Shown piece after piece: positions 21,718 through 31,298 of a stretch of 64,000 nucleotides of DNA. Numbering within the stretch: position 1 is the first letter of the stretch; the number at the start of each line of letters is the position of its first letter. Under the pieces are notes generated by a model. That model saw nothing but the letters and a program-made list of their open reading frames with translations, was not told the origin of the DNA and did not search any database. The stretch spans positions 91,869-155,868 of the forward strand of contig JADIZV010000003.1 of NCBI GenBank assembly GCA_016704565.1. Direction: 5' to 3'. Source of the DNA: Candidatus Phosphoribacter baldrii. GTDB taxonomy: Bacteria > Actinomycetota > Actinomycetes > Actinomycetales > Dermatophilaceae. The position numbers were made by a program, and so were the translations under genes.

Positions 21718-22914
21718 ATGCGCGTCGACATCATCAGCAAGGAATACCCTCCGGCGATCTATGGCGGTGCAGGGGTGCATGTGGCTGAACTTGTCAGGGC
21801 GTTGCGCGCCCGTGGGGATGTCGACGTCCAGGTGCGCTGCTTCGGTGCGCCGCGCGACGAAGCCGGCACCACGGCATACCCGGATCTGCCCGAACTCGCC
21901 TCTGCCAACGCGGCCTTGCAGACCTTCGGTGTCGACATCACCATCGCCGCGGACTGTCAGGGCGCTGACCTGGTCCACTCACACACGTGGTACGCCAATC
22001 TTGCCGGGCACGTCGGTGGGCTGTTGGCCGGAGCCCCGCACGTCATCACGGCACACAGCCTGGAGCCGATGCGGCCGTGGAAGGCCGAACAGCTCGGCGG
22101 CGGCTACCGGGTGAGCTCGTTCGCCGAGCGCACGGCATACGAAGGGGCCGCGGCGGTCATCGCGGTCAGTGCCGGGATGCACGCGGACATCCTGCGCAGT
22201 TATCCCTCGCTCGACCCCGCCAAGGTGCCCGTCGTCCACAACGGGATCGACTCGCAGCTGTGGCAGCCGATCCGCGACGAGGAGGTCTGCCGCAAGCACG
22301 GGATGGACCCGGACCGCCCGGCGGTCACCTTCGTCGGACGGATCACCCGGCAGAAGGGCTTGCCCTACCTCATGCGCGCCGCCGCCCGGCTGCCCGAGGA
22401 CGTCCAGGTGGTCCTGTGCGCCGGCGCCCCCGACACCCCGGAGATCAAGGCCGAGGTGGAGGGACTGCTGGCCGACCTGCGCGCCCAGCGGGACGGGGTC
22501 GTCTGGATCCCCGAGATGCTTCCGCGCCGCGAGGTCATCGCCCTGCTCACCGCCTCCACGGTGTTCGCGTGCCCGTCGGTCTACGAGCCCTTGGGCATCG
22601 TCAACCTCGAGGCGATGGCCTGCGAGCTCCCGGTGGTCGCCACGGCCACGGGCGGCATCCCGGAGGTCGTCATGCACGGCGAGACCGGCTGGCTGGTGCC
22701 GATCGAGCAGGTCCAGGACGGCACGGGCACGCCCGTCGACCCGGAGAAGTTCGTCAGCGACCTGGCCGGCGCCCTCACCGACGCGGTGAGCAACCGCGAG
22801 CGGGCTCGCGCCATGGGGCTGGCTGGGCGCGCCCGCGCCGTTGACCACTTCTCGTGGGAGTCGATCGGCGACAAGACGATGGCGGTCTACCAGGACGTCC
22901 TCGGCCGCGCCTGA
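21718..22914 (+). CDS. glgA: Glycogen synthase (actinobacterial GlgA/GlgM-type GT4 glycosyltransferase)
   Basis: MRVDIISKEYPPAIYGGAGVHV N-terminus, EPLGIVNLEAMA and TGGIPEVV motifs. Confidence 0.9.
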   Translation: MRVDIISKEYPPAIYGGAGVHVAELVRALRARGDVDVQVRCFGAPRDEAGTTAYPDLPELASANAALQTFGVDITIAADCQGADLVHSHTWYANLAGHVGGLLAGAPHVITAHSLEPMRPWKAEQLGGGYRVSSFAERTAYEGAAAVIAVSAGMHADILRSYPSLDPAKVPVVHNGIDSQLWQPIRDEEVCRKHGMDPDRPAVTFVGRITRQKGLPYLMRAAARLPEDVQVVLCAGAPDTPEIKAEVEGLLADLRAQRDGVVWIPEMLPRREVIALLTASTVFACPSVYEPLGIVNLEAMACELPVVATATGGIPEVVMHGETGWLVPIEQVQDGTGTPVDPEKFVSDLAGALTDAVSNRERARAMGLAGRARAVDHFSWESIGDKTMAVYQDVLGRA

Positions 22915-22971
22915 GCCGAACCCGAGCCGAACCTCAGCCGAGCAGATGTCCGGCTCGGACGCTGCACTCCC

Positions 22972-23736
22972 TCAGGCGGGTCGCCACCCGGCGATGCTCA
23001 TCGCCAGGACGTTCGTCGCGCCGACCACGGCGGCCTCGGCCTCGACCAACAGCGCCCGTAGGGTGGCGGTCCGCACCGCCGATGTCGTGGCGTCGAGCGC
23101 GGCGCCCTTGGCCTCCACGTCGAGCCCGCTGAGCGCAAGGGCCCTGACCTCGACGGCCCGGTCGAGCAGGTGCACCGGTCGCGGGGCGAGGCCAGGTGGA
23201 AGACCAGGCAGGCTCGACCGCGGCGGCGGGTTGGCCTCACCACCGCGCCACGGTATGCCGCCCACCGTCGCCAGCCGTTCCGTCGCTTCCTGCACCGCCT
23301 CGGCCAACCGTCGGCTCAGGTCACGGAGGTCAGTCGACTCGGCCACGTGGCGGGGGACCGGCTCGGCGTCGTATGCCGTCCACTCCACGAGCAGCCCCGG
23401 GTCACCGTCGGGACCGAACGGTGTCAGCCTCGGCACCAGCAGTCCACCGACCGTCGGCGCGTATGCCGCCTGCCCCGCCTCAGCCGCCTCGGCGAGACTG
23501 AGTCGGTCGGTGCGCGGCATACCGGCGGGGACGCCTGGACGCGGGAGGGCGAGGAAGACCGCGGTCTCGCCGTAGGTCTGCCAGTCGCGCAGGGTCTCAT
23601 CGAGCGGTCCGCCGCAGTCGGTCACGGCGCCGGCATGGGACTTGTGGAAGACGTCTTGGACCTCGCCGTGGCCCGCCAGCCAGCGCGTGGCCCACAGGGC
23701 GACACGCACGGACAATGGGAGCGCAAGCACCGGCAT
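22972..23736 (-). CDS. Hypothetical protein (no family recognised)
   Basis: 254-aa ORF convergent with glgA. Its coding-like composition is the only support. The ATG at 23736 lies inside an octamer copy (ggtATGCCG on the minus strand). Confidence 0.45.
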   Translation of the reverse strand: MPVLALPLSVRVALWATRWLAGHGEVQDVFHKSHAGAVTDCGGPLDETLRDWQTYGETAVFLALPRPGVPAGMPRTDRLSLAEAAEAGQAAYAPTVGGLLVPRLTPFGPDGDPGLLVEWTAYDAEPVPRHVAESTDLRDLSRRLAEAVQEATERLATVGGIPWRGGEANPPPRSSLPGLPPGLAPRPVHLLDRAVEVRALALSGLDVEAKGAALDATTSAVRTATLRALLVEAEAAVVGATNVLAMSIAGWRPA

Positions 23737-23808
23737 ACCTTAACGAGGCGGGCCGACACGCTCCTCGGGACCGGGTCGCCCAGAGCCTCCGGGCTAGGGT
23801 GGGTGCTC

Positions 23809-24639
23809 ATGAGTGATGTCCTCGCCTTCGCGGGCGTCAGCGTGGTGCGCGGTCACAACCGCCTCCTCGATGACGTGACGTGGGAGGTCGAGGAGGGCGA
23901 ACGCTGGGTCATCTTGGGCCCCAACGGAGCAGGCAAGACGACCCTGCTGCAGATTGCGGCGGCACGCATGCACCCGACGACCGGGGTGGTCGGGATCCTC
24001 GGCGAGGTTCTCGGGACCATCGACGTCTTCGAGCTTCGACCCCGGGTCGGGCTGGCGAGTGCCGCGATCGCCGAGCGGATCCCGGGCGGCGAGACCGTCG
24101 GCAACGTCGTCGTGACGGCGTCCTACGGAATCATCGGGCGCTGGCGGGAGAGCTACGACCGGCAGGACTACGCCCGGGCGATGAGCCTGCTCGATGCCTT
24201 GGGGGCGGCGCACCTGGCCGATCGACGCTACGGGACGCTGTCCGAGGGGGAACGCAAACGGGTCCAGATCGCCCGGGCCCTGATGACCGACCCCGAGCTC
24301 ATGCTGCTCGACGAGCCCGCAGCCGGGCTCGACCTCGGCGGCCGCGAGGATCTGGTGGCGCGGCTCGGGGTGTTGGCCGAGGACACCGAGGCTCCGGCGA
24401 TGGTGCTGGTCACCCACCATGTCGAGGAGATCCCGCCCGGTTTCACCGATGTGTTGTTGCTGCGCGAGGGTCGGATCGTGGCGGCCGGGCCGCTGCCGAT
24501 CACCCTCACCTCCGCCAACCTGTCAGCGACGTTCGGCCTGCCGCTGGTCATCGAGCGGCACGGTAGACGCTGGAGCGCACGGGCGGCTGACCCGGGTCCA
24601 CCACCAGGTTCGGTCGCAGCGGCGCCCGCCCAGGACTAA
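23809..24639 (+). CDS. ABC transporter ATP-binding protein (ModF-like, no adjacent permease)
   Basis: Walker A GPNGAGKTT, signature LSEGERKR, Walker B LMLLDEP. ATG 23809 within the longer ORF 23170..24639. Confidence 0.85.
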   Translation: MSDVLAFAGVSVVRGHNRLLDDVTWEVEEGERWVILGPNGAGKTTLLQIAAARMHPTTGVVGILGEVLGTIDVFELRPRVGLASAAIAERIPGGETVGNVVVTASYGIIGRWRESYDRQDYARAMSLLDALGAAHLADRRYGTLSEGERKRVQIARALMTDPELMLLDEPAAGLDLGGREDLVARLGVLAEDTEAPAMVLVTHHVEEIPPGFTDVLLLREGRIVAAGPLPITLTSANLSATFGLPLVIERHGRRWSARAADPGPPPGSVAAAPAQD

Positions 24640-24716
24640 GGAACCCCCAAGCCGCGCCGCACGTCGTAGGGTGAAGGAGCCAGTCGAGGTGATCGGCTCT
24701 GCAGAGAGGTGACGCG

Positions 24717-25178
24717 GTGTTCCAGGACTCTGGATGGTTGATCTGGGTCGGGATCGCCCTCACGCTCGGGGCGATCGAAGCGGCCACCGTCGACTTCATC
24801 TTCCTCATGCTCGCTGGCGGCGCCGTCGCCGGCGGTGTTGCTGCGGCCTTCGGGGCAAGTTTCCCGGTCCAGGCCGTCGTGGCCGCCGCCGCGTCGGTCG
24901 GCCTGCTGGTCGGAGTCCGGCCGTGGGTCAAACGCCGCTTCACTGTCCGCACCGAGCGCCCGACCCTGGGTGTCGCAGGAAACGTGGGGCGCACGGCATA
25001 CGTCATCGAGACGGTCACCCACGCGGGCGGCCGGATCAACCTCTCGGGCGAGACCTGGTCGGCGCGTTCCACGGGCGGCGATGCCCTCCTGCCCGGTGAC
25101 CGCGTCGAGGTCGTCGCCATCGACGGAGCGACGGCGGTCGTCGCCCCGCTCTCCCTTCCGCCCGAACCACTGCCCTGA
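24717..25178 (+). CDS. NfeD family membrane protein
   Basis: Three N-terminal TM helices plus a C-terminal OB-like soluble domain. Precedes the SPFH gene. GTG 24717 follows AGAGAGG. Confidence 0.8.
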   Translation: MFQDSGWLIWVGIALTLGAIEAATVDFIFLMLAGGAVAGGVAAAFGASFPVQAVVAAAASVGLLVGVRPWVKRRFTVRTERPTLGVAGNVGRTAYVIETVTHAGGRINLSGETWSARSTGGDALLPGDRVEVVAIDGATAVVAPLSLPPEPLP

Positions 25179-25242
25179 CGCAGCACAGCTCTCGTCCGGC
25201 TCGACGCCAGGCGAGCAGATCCATCTCTTCAACGGAGGAACC

Positions 25243-26253
25243 ATGCCCGGAACCGTGACCCTGGTGGTCTTGGTCCTGCTGCTCATCTTCGCGGCGACCG
25301 TGGTCGCCCGGACCATCCGGATCGTGCCGCAGCAGACGGCGGTGATCATCGAGCGGCTGGGGTCCTACTCGCGGACTCTGGACGACGGCATGCACATCCT
25401 CGTGCCGTTCATCGACAAGCCACGGGCGACCATCGACCTGCGTGAACAAGTCGTCACCTTCCCGCCCCAGCCGGTGATCACCAGCGACAACCTCGTCGTG
25501 TCGATCGACACGGTCATCTACTACACGGTCACCGACGCCAAGTCGGCGGTCTATGAGATCGCCAACTTCATCCAGGGCATCGAGCAGCTCACCGTCACGA
25601 CGTTGCGTAACGTCATCGGGTCGTTGGACCTGGAAGAGACGCTCACCTCGCGTGACCAGATCAACGGCCAGTTGCGCGGCGTCCTGGACCAGGAGACGGG
25701 CCGCTGGGGCATTCGGGTCAACCGCGTCGAGCTCAAGGCCATCGACCCGCCGCACTCGGTGCAGGACTCGATGGAGAAGCAGATGCGCGCCGAGCGCGAC
25801 AAGCGTGCGGCAGTCCTCACGGCCGAGGGTGTCAAGCAGTCCGCGATCCTCACCGCCCAAGGTGAGAAGGAGGCCCAGATCCTGCGGGCCGAGGGTTCGG
25901 CGCAGGCACGGGTGTTGGAGGCGCAGGGTCAGGCGCAGGCGATCCAGCAGGTCTTCGACGCCATCCACCGGGGCAAGCCCACCCAACGGCTGTTGGCCTA
26001 CCAGTACCTCCAGGTGCTGCCGCAGCTGGCCCGTGGTGACGCCAACAAGATGTGGATCATCCCGTCGGAGCTCACCGATGCCCTGCGTGGCGTCTCGTCG
26101 GCGCTCGGCGGCAACGGCGGCGGGGGAGGCGGTGGCGGTGGATTTGATGAGGAGTGGGTCGAGCCGGCCCCCGCGCCCGCGGCGGCCCCGCCGATCCAGC
26201 GCGCCCGCGAGTTCGGCGATCCCGAAGTCATCGGCGACGCTCAGCCGCACTGA
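25243..26253 (+). CDS. SPFH/band-7 (stomatin-like) protein
   Basis: IVPQQTAVIIERLGSY..., coiled-coil AEG/AQG region, poly-Gly C-terminal tail. ATG 25243 follows GGAGGAA. Confidence 0.9.
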   Translation: MPGTVTLVVLVLLLIFAATVVARTIRIVPQQTAVIIERLGSYSRTLDDGMHILVPFIDKPRATIDLREQVVTFPPQPVITSDNLVVSIDTVIYYTVTDAKSAVYEIANFIQGIEQLTVTTLRNVIGSLDLEETLTSRDQINGQLRGVLDQETGRWGIRVNRVELKAIDPPHSVQDSMEKQMRAERDKRAAVLTAEGVKQSAILTAQGEKEAQILRAEGSAQARVLEAQGQAQAIQQVFDAIHRGKPTQRLLAYQYLQVLPQLARGDANKMWIIPSELTDALRGVSSALGGNGGGGGGGGGFDEEWVEPAPAPAAAPPIQRAREFGDPEVIGDAQPH

Positions 26254-26479
26254 CCACGCTGCTCTAGCACGCTGCTCTAGACGTTGTGCGGTCGCCGCTT
26301 CGCCGGTGATCCGCCGGGCCTCTAGGCCCCGTGGTCGGTGACTCGGCAATGACGGCGCGCCACACCGCTGTTGCGGTGTGGCGGTGGCGGGCAGCGGCGC
26401 CCACGCCCGAACACGCGAGCGCCGCCACCGCCACCGCGGGTCGTCCACCCACGAGTCGACGCGGCATCCGCGAACAGCA

Positions 26480-27988
26480 CTAGGCGGCCGGGCCTGAGTC
26501 GAACCACGGGTCAGCCTCTGGCGCAGCCTCGTGCCGATCGTGCCGATCGGGGTGATCGGGGTGATCGGCGTGACTGAGGTGTCCGGCTGACGGGGCATCG
26601 GTCGGCTCATCCCGGTCTGTCCAGGGCTCTGCCCAGGGGTCCATTCGCGGCGGTGTCCTGCCATTCGGTGGCGGGTCGCTCCATTGCGAGTCGGCGGCTG
26701 GTGCGTCGCCGGGTGGTGGAAGGCCGGCGTGATGTCGGTCGTAGCTCCCGGGGATGAGGTCCCAGGTGACGGCGGCCGAGTCAACGCGGCCGAAGAGGTG
26801 GTCGCGGTGGACCACGCTGTGATGTCGCCCGCACAGCAGGGCCAGGTTGTCGATCCGGGTCTCGCCGCCGTCGGTCCAATGGACCAGATGGTGGGCGTCG
26901 CACCAGTGAGCCGGGGTGGTGCAGCCAGGGAAACTGCAGCTGCGGTCGCGCCACCAGAGAGCGGCGAGTTGCCCGGGCGTGGCCAGGCGAGTCGCCCGGC
27001 CGAGCTCGAGGACTTCCCCGCCACCACCGAGTACGACGGGGATGACGGACGCGTCGCAGGCGAGTCGACGCACGGTCTCAGGGGCGATGAGCGTGCAGCC
27101 CTGCGCGGAGCCGAGGACCGTGGCGGCACCGGTACGGGCGACCAGGTCGGCGTAGCTCATCGTGACCATCAGTGTGGTCTTGACCCCCGATGGAGGCCGG
27201 TCGCCCGCGCTGGTCGCGCGGCGGCATACCTCGACAAGGGCCTGGCCTCGACGCAACTGGACGCTACGGCGGTCGCGTTCACCGTCGGGGCCGGGCACGG
27301 GCGCGGACAGCGGCCCGATCGCGGCCTCCAACGCGGCCGCACCGGCAGGGTCGAGGACCAGGTGGTAGGTGAAGGCCCCAAACTCGTCAGCCGACGGGCG
27401 CGAGAGCGAGATGAGTCGTTCGGCGGTGTCTGCGTCGGCCTGGAACTCCCCGTCAGCCCCGTGTGCCGCCAGCAGCGCCGGGCGCAGGGAGCGGACCCCG
27501 CGCGAGCCATCGGCGACGCCCATGTCCAGCAGTCCCTGGAGCACGGTCGGTGCCGCGCCCTCGCGAAGCCGCGGCTTCAACCGCGCGAACTCGCTGAGCA
27601 CGGTGAGCGCGACCGGCACGCTGACCGCACCGCTGACTGCAGCCGCGCGGACGGTCGCCATCTCCGGGCGGGCGCTGTCGCGGACCATCCGGGCAACCTG
27701 CCCAGCGCCGCTGCCCGCAGCCAACGACGGCGCATGAGCGGCGACCCAGCCCGGCGTCGACCCGGCCTGCGACGCGGCGATTTCGCCACGCGACTCGGCC
27801 TCTGCCACGACCGCAACCCGGGCACCACCAGCCGAAGCAGCCAGGGCGTCGAGCTCACCCAGCACGTCACCGAGCTCGGCGCCCTGGACCTGCCAGAGCA
27901 GGGCCAACAGGTCGGCGACCGCGGCCGTCCCGGCCGCGATCGCAGCGCGGCATGAGGCCAAGTCGCGAGTCGCTCCGGTGATCTCCAT
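26480..27988 (-). CDS. DUF222 / HNH endonuclease protein (REP13E12-like family)
   Basis: CSFPGCTTPAHWCDAHHLVHWTDGGETRIDNLALLCGRHH HNH motif. N-terminal DUF222-like region. The C-terminus carries five 9-bp repeats (26530-26574) encoding HADHPDHPDRHDRH. Confidence 0.8.
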   Translation of the reverse strand: MEITGATRDLASCRAAIAAGTAAVADLLALLWQVQGAELGDVLGELDALAASAGGARVAVVAEAESRGEIAASQAGSTPGWVAAHAPSLAAGSGAGQVARMVRDSARPEMATVRAAAVSGAVSVPVALTVLSEFARLKPRLREGAAPTVLQGLLDMGVADGSRGVRSLRPALLAAHGADGEFQADADTAERLISLSRPSADEFGAFTYHLVLDPAGAAALEAAIGPLSAPVPGPDGERDRRSVQLRRGQALVEVCRRATSAGDRPPSGVKTTLMVTMSYADLVARTGAATVLGSAQGCTLIAPETVRRLACDASVIPVVLGGGGEVLELGRATRLATPGQLAALWWRDRSCSFPGCTTPAHWCDAHHLVHWTDGGETRIDNLALLCGRHHSVVHRDHLFGRVDSAAVTWDLIPGSYDRHHAGLPPPGDAPAADSQWSDPPPNGRTPPRMDPWAEPWTDRDEPTDAPSAGHLSHADHPDHPDRHDRHEAAPEADPWFDSGPAA

Positions 27989-28203
27989 GACCCCGACGCT
28001 AACAGCGACCACCGACAGACCCCCCACCCCAAAAAGCCTGTCCAACAAGGGAATACATCACGGTCAGATAACAATTCGGACCCCAACAGGAGCTGCCGGG
28101 AGTAAGGCCGTCGCACCACCTGACACGCGCGAGATCCGGCATCGCGTCCCGCTGCCGTACGTCTTCCTCCGCGCCAGCGGGGCACACGCCCTAGGGTGAA
28201 TCC

Positions 28204-28980
28204 GTGTCCGCCCTCGACGCCCTCCTCATCCTCCTGGCCGGCGTCGGCGCTGGGACGATCAACTCGATCGTGGGGTCGGGAACGTTGATCACGTTCCCGA
28301 CGCTGCTCTTCCTCGGCTACCCGCCCCTCATGGCCAACGTCAGCAACAACATCGGCATGGTCGCGGGCGGGGCCAGCGCCTCCTGGGGCTACCGCAAGGA
28401 GCTCACCGGCCAAGGTGGGGCGCTGCGTCGGCTCATGCCGATGTCGCTGCTCGGCGCCATCCTCGGCGCCACGCTGCTGCTCACCTTGCCGGCCGCTGCC
28501 TTCAAGGCGATCGTTCCGGTGCTCATCCTGTTGGCTCTGGTGCTCGTCGTCTTCGGTCCGCGGCTGCAGCGCGCGGCGGCGGCACGGCATACGGGACAAG
28601 CGGGGGGTATGCCGCCCTGGCGCACCCGCGCGCTGACCGGCGGGGTGTTCGTGGGCGGGGTCTACGGCGGCTACTTCGGGGCGGCCCAGGGCGTCCTGCT
28701 CATGGGGCTGTTCTCAGCGTTGAGCAGCGAGCCGATCCAGCGGTTGACCGGCGTCAAGAACGTCCTCGTGACCATCGTCAACACGGTCGCAGCGATCGGG
28801 TTCCTGCTCTTCGCTCGGGAACACGTGCATTGGGGGGCGGTGCTGTTCGTCGCGATCGGGACGTTCATCGGCGGTTGGCTCGGGGCGGCGATCGGGCGAC
28901 GGCTGCCGGGAGTCGTGCTGCGATCGATCATCGTCGTCGTCGGGGTGCTGGCCATCGTCAAGATGGTGTGGTTCGCGTGA
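28204..28980 (+). CDS. TauE/SafE family sulfite/anion exporter
   Basis: Eight predicted TM segments, GAGTINSIVGSGT and GGYFGAAQG motifs. Confidence 0.85.
   Translation: MSALDALLILLAGVGAGTINSIVGSGTLITFPTLLFLGYPPLMANVSNNIGMVAGGASASWGYRKELTGQGGALRRLMPMSLLGAILGATLLLTLPAAAFKAIVPVLILLALVLVVFGPRLQRAAAARHTGQAGGMPPWRTRALTGGVFVGGVYGGYFGAAQGVLLMGLFSALSSEPIQRLTGVKNVLVTIVNTVAAIGFLLFAREHVHWGAVLFVAIGTFIGGWLGAAIGRRLPGVVLRSIIVVVGVLAIVKMVWFA
28585..28614. repeat. Inverted pair of the iterated octamer inside the TauE coding sequence (14-nt spacer)
   Basis: cggcatac gggacaagcggggg gtatgccg. Encodes ...ARHTGQAGGMPP... Confidence 0.8.
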
Positions 28981-29891
28981 CCGGTGGCGTGGCCCCTACC
29001 GGGAGCAGCCCGATCGGGAGCACGGCAGCGGCGGTCGACCTGCCCGCGGGGGTCGAGTGGATCACAGACCCGGGTGACCCACGACTGGCCGACTACGTGT
29101 CCCTCACCGACGTGGCTCTTCGGCGGCGGACCGAGCCCGAGCGCGGGCTCTACGTCGCCGAGTCCGAGAAGGTTATTCGCCGGGCCCTGGCTGCCGGGCA
29201 TCGACCACGGTCCTTCCTCATGGCGGCCCGCTGGCTCACCGACCTCGCCGACGTCGTCGCGCAGGCGCGGGTGGGCGGCATACCCGTGTATGCCGGTGAC
29301 CACGACGTCATCGAGACGTTGACCGGTTTCCACCTCCATCGTGGTGCCCTGGCGGCGATGCAGCGGCCAGTGCTGCCGCCGGTGGGGGAGTTGCTCGCGG
29401 GTGCTCGGCGGGTGCTCGTCCTTGAGGACATCGTTGACCATACGAACGTCGGAGCCTGCTTCAGAAGCGCCGCCGCACTCGGCGTCGACGCGGTCCTGGT
29501 GACGCCGAGGTGCGCCGACCCGCTCTACCGACGGTCGGTTCGAGTGTCGATGGGGACGGTGTTCCAGGTGCCGTGGACCCGGATCGAGCCGTGGCCCCGT
29601 GGCGGGCCCGAGGTGTTGCGGGAGCAGGGCTTCACCGTGGCCGCCTTCGCGCTGGCCGACGACGCGGTGACGTTGGATGCCCTCGCGGCCGACCCGCCGG
29701 AGCGGCTCGCGCTGGTCCTGGGCACGGAAGGGGACGGGCTCACGCGGCATACCATCGCCGCGGCCGACCTCGCGGTCCGGATCCCGATGGCCGGCGGGGT
29801 GGACTCGCTCAACGTCGCGGCAGCCTGCGCGGTGGCGTTGTGGGCGCTGCGCCCGGGCGGTTCGGCACCGGGAGGGGCCGCGACTGTGTGA
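28977..29891 (+). CDS. TrmH/SpoU family RNA 2'-O-methyltransferase
   Basis: VLEDIVDHTNVGACFRSAAALG and GTEGDGL ... VDSLNVAAA SPOUT motifs. GTG 28977 overlaps the TauE stop (GTGA). Confidence 0.8.
   Translation: MTGGVAPTGSSPIGSTAAAVDLPAGVEWITDPGDPRLADYVSLTDVALRRRTEPERGLYVAESEKVIRRALAAGHRPRSFLMAARWLTDLADVVAQARVGGIPVYAGDHDVIETLTGFHLHRGALAAMQRPVLPPVGELLAGARRVLVLEDIVDHTNVGACFRSAAALGVDAVLVTPRCADPLYRRSVRVSMGTVFQVPWTRIEPWPRGGPEVLREQGFTVAAFALADDAVTLDALAADPPERLALVLGTEGDGLTRHTIAAADLAVRIPMAGGVDSLNVAAACAVALWALRPGGSAPGGAATV
29276..29295. repeat. Perfect 8-bp-stem, 4-nt-loop hairpin made of two octamer copies, inside the TrmH coding sequence
   Basis: cggcatac ccgt gtatgccg. Encodes GGIPVYAG using the rare codons ATA and TAT. 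Confidence 0.85.
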
Positions 29892-29893
29892 GG

Positions 29894-30844
29894 ATGCTCG
29901 CCGTGAGCACCCCCACTAAGACCGTCGATCTCATCGGCGCACCCACCGACGTCGGCGCGGCACACCGCGGAGCCTCGATGGGCCCGGAAGCCATGCGCGT
30001 GGCCGGCATCCAACAGACCCTCACCCAGTTCGGCGTGCACGTCAACGACGTCGGCAACCTCGCCGGGCCGCCGAACCCGTGGCTGCCGCCGGTGGACGGT
30101 TACCGGCATCTGCCGGAGGTGCGGGCGTGGAACCAGGCCGTGCACGACGCGGTCTACTCCTCGCTGGCTGGGGGACGCCTGCCGATCCTGCTGGGCGGTG
30201 ACCACTGCCTGGCCATCGGGTCGATCAGCGCTGTGGCGCGGCACTGCCGCGAGCAGGGGCTGGCGCTGCGGGTGCTGTGGCTGGACGCGCACGCGGACTT
30301 CAACACCATGGGCACGACCCCGACCGGGAACATCCACGGTATGCCGGTCGCGATCCTCCGCGGCAAAGGCCCGACCGAGCTGACCTCCATCGGCGGTCGG
30401 ACGCCCGCGATCGACCCGGGGACGGTGCGGCAGATCGGGATTCGCAGCGTCGACGTCGACGAGAAGCGGCTCGTGCACGAGGACGGCATGGAGGTCTTCG
30501 ACATGCGCAACATCGACGAGCATGGCATGCGCAAGGTGATGCGCAAGGCGCTGGAGGGCGTCGACGAGGGGACCCACCTGCACGTGAGCTTCGACGTCGA
30601 CTTCCTCGACCCGGCGATCGCGCCGGGCGTCGGGACGACCGTGCAGGGCGGCCCGACCTATCGCGAAGCGCAGTTGGTCATGGAGATGATCGCCGACACC
30701 GGGCGGCTGGGGTCGCTGGACGTCATGGAGCTCAACCCGGCCAAGGACCACGCCAACCGGACCGCCGAGGTGGCCACGGACCTCATCGACTCGATGTTCG
30801 GCAAGAGCACGTTGTTGCGGCTCAAGGGCACCCCGGCCGGCTGA
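29894..30844 (+). CDS. rocF: Arginase
   Basis: GGDHCLAIGSI, DAHADFNT, TGNIHGMPVA and SFDVDFLDP metal-binding and arginase signature motifs. The start abuts the TrmH stop. Confidence 0.85.
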   Translation: MLAVSTPTKTVDLIGAPTDVGAAHRGASMGPEAMRVAGIQQTLTQFGVHVNDVGNLAGPPNPWLPPVDGYRHLPEVRAWNQAVHDAVYSSLAGGRLPILLGGDHCLAIGSISAVARHCREQGLALRVLWLDAHADFNTMGTTPTGNIHGMPVAILRGKGPTELTSIGGRTPAIDPGTVRQIGIRSVDVDEKRLVHEDGMEVFDMRNIDEHGMRKVMRKALEGVDEGTHLHVSFDVDFLDPAIAPGVGTTVQGGPTYREAQLVMEMIADTGRLGSLDVMELNPAKDHANRTAEVATDLIDSMFGKSTLLRLKGTPAG

Positions 30845-31017
30845 CGCCCAGACCTTTCGAGGGGGTGGCCGCGCGACTCCCGCGGGTCGCCGATGCCCCG
30901 ATGGTCGGGGCCAGCGGCCAGTGCCGCTGTGGTCCGGATCCGATTCGGGGTATGCCGCGCCCGCGTGCTAACGTTGCCGGTCGCGAGGCACCCCCGGCGG
31001 GGATGCTCAGCACACCC

Positions 31018-31101
31018 GTCCGGGTGGCGGAATGGCAGACGCGCTAGCTTGAGGTGCTAGTGCCCTTAACGGGCGTGGGGGTTCAAGTCCCCCTCCGGAC
31101 A
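31018..31101 (+). tRNA. tRNA-Leu (anticodon GAG), long variable arm, no encoded CCA
   Basis: Manual cloverleaf: acceptor GTCCGGG/TCCGGAC, anticodon stem CTAGC/GCTAG with loop TTGAGGT, variable arm GCCC..GGGC, T arm GGGGG TTCAAGT CCCCC, discriminator A. Confidence 0.85.
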
Positions 31102-31126
31102 CGCATGTGATGTCTTAGGACATCGG

Positions 31127-31160
31127 CAACAGCCCGAACCCCTCAGGGTTCGGGCTGTTG
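31127..31160 (+). terminator. Perfect 15-bp-stem hairpin 26 nt after tRNA-Leu
   Basis: caacagcccgaaccc ctca gggttcgggctgttg. Followed by cccttcttgg (weak T tract). Confidence 0.5.
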
Positions 31161-31298
31161 CCCTTCTTGGGGTTTGGCGCAGGCGGCGGGCCGAGCGTGG
31201 GTTGGCGGACCTGTGTGCCCGCTGGGCTGCATGGTGCACCGCGTCGACGTCAAGCCACGCGGCAGTAATGCCTTGTACATCAGTCGTAAAGGACTAAC

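Noticed and set aside
26095-26150. Poly-Gly-encoding tract (GGNGGGGGGGGG) as a separate repeat element.
   Set aside because: It lies in-frame within the C-terminal tail of the SPFH protein. It is ordinary low-complexity linker sequence.
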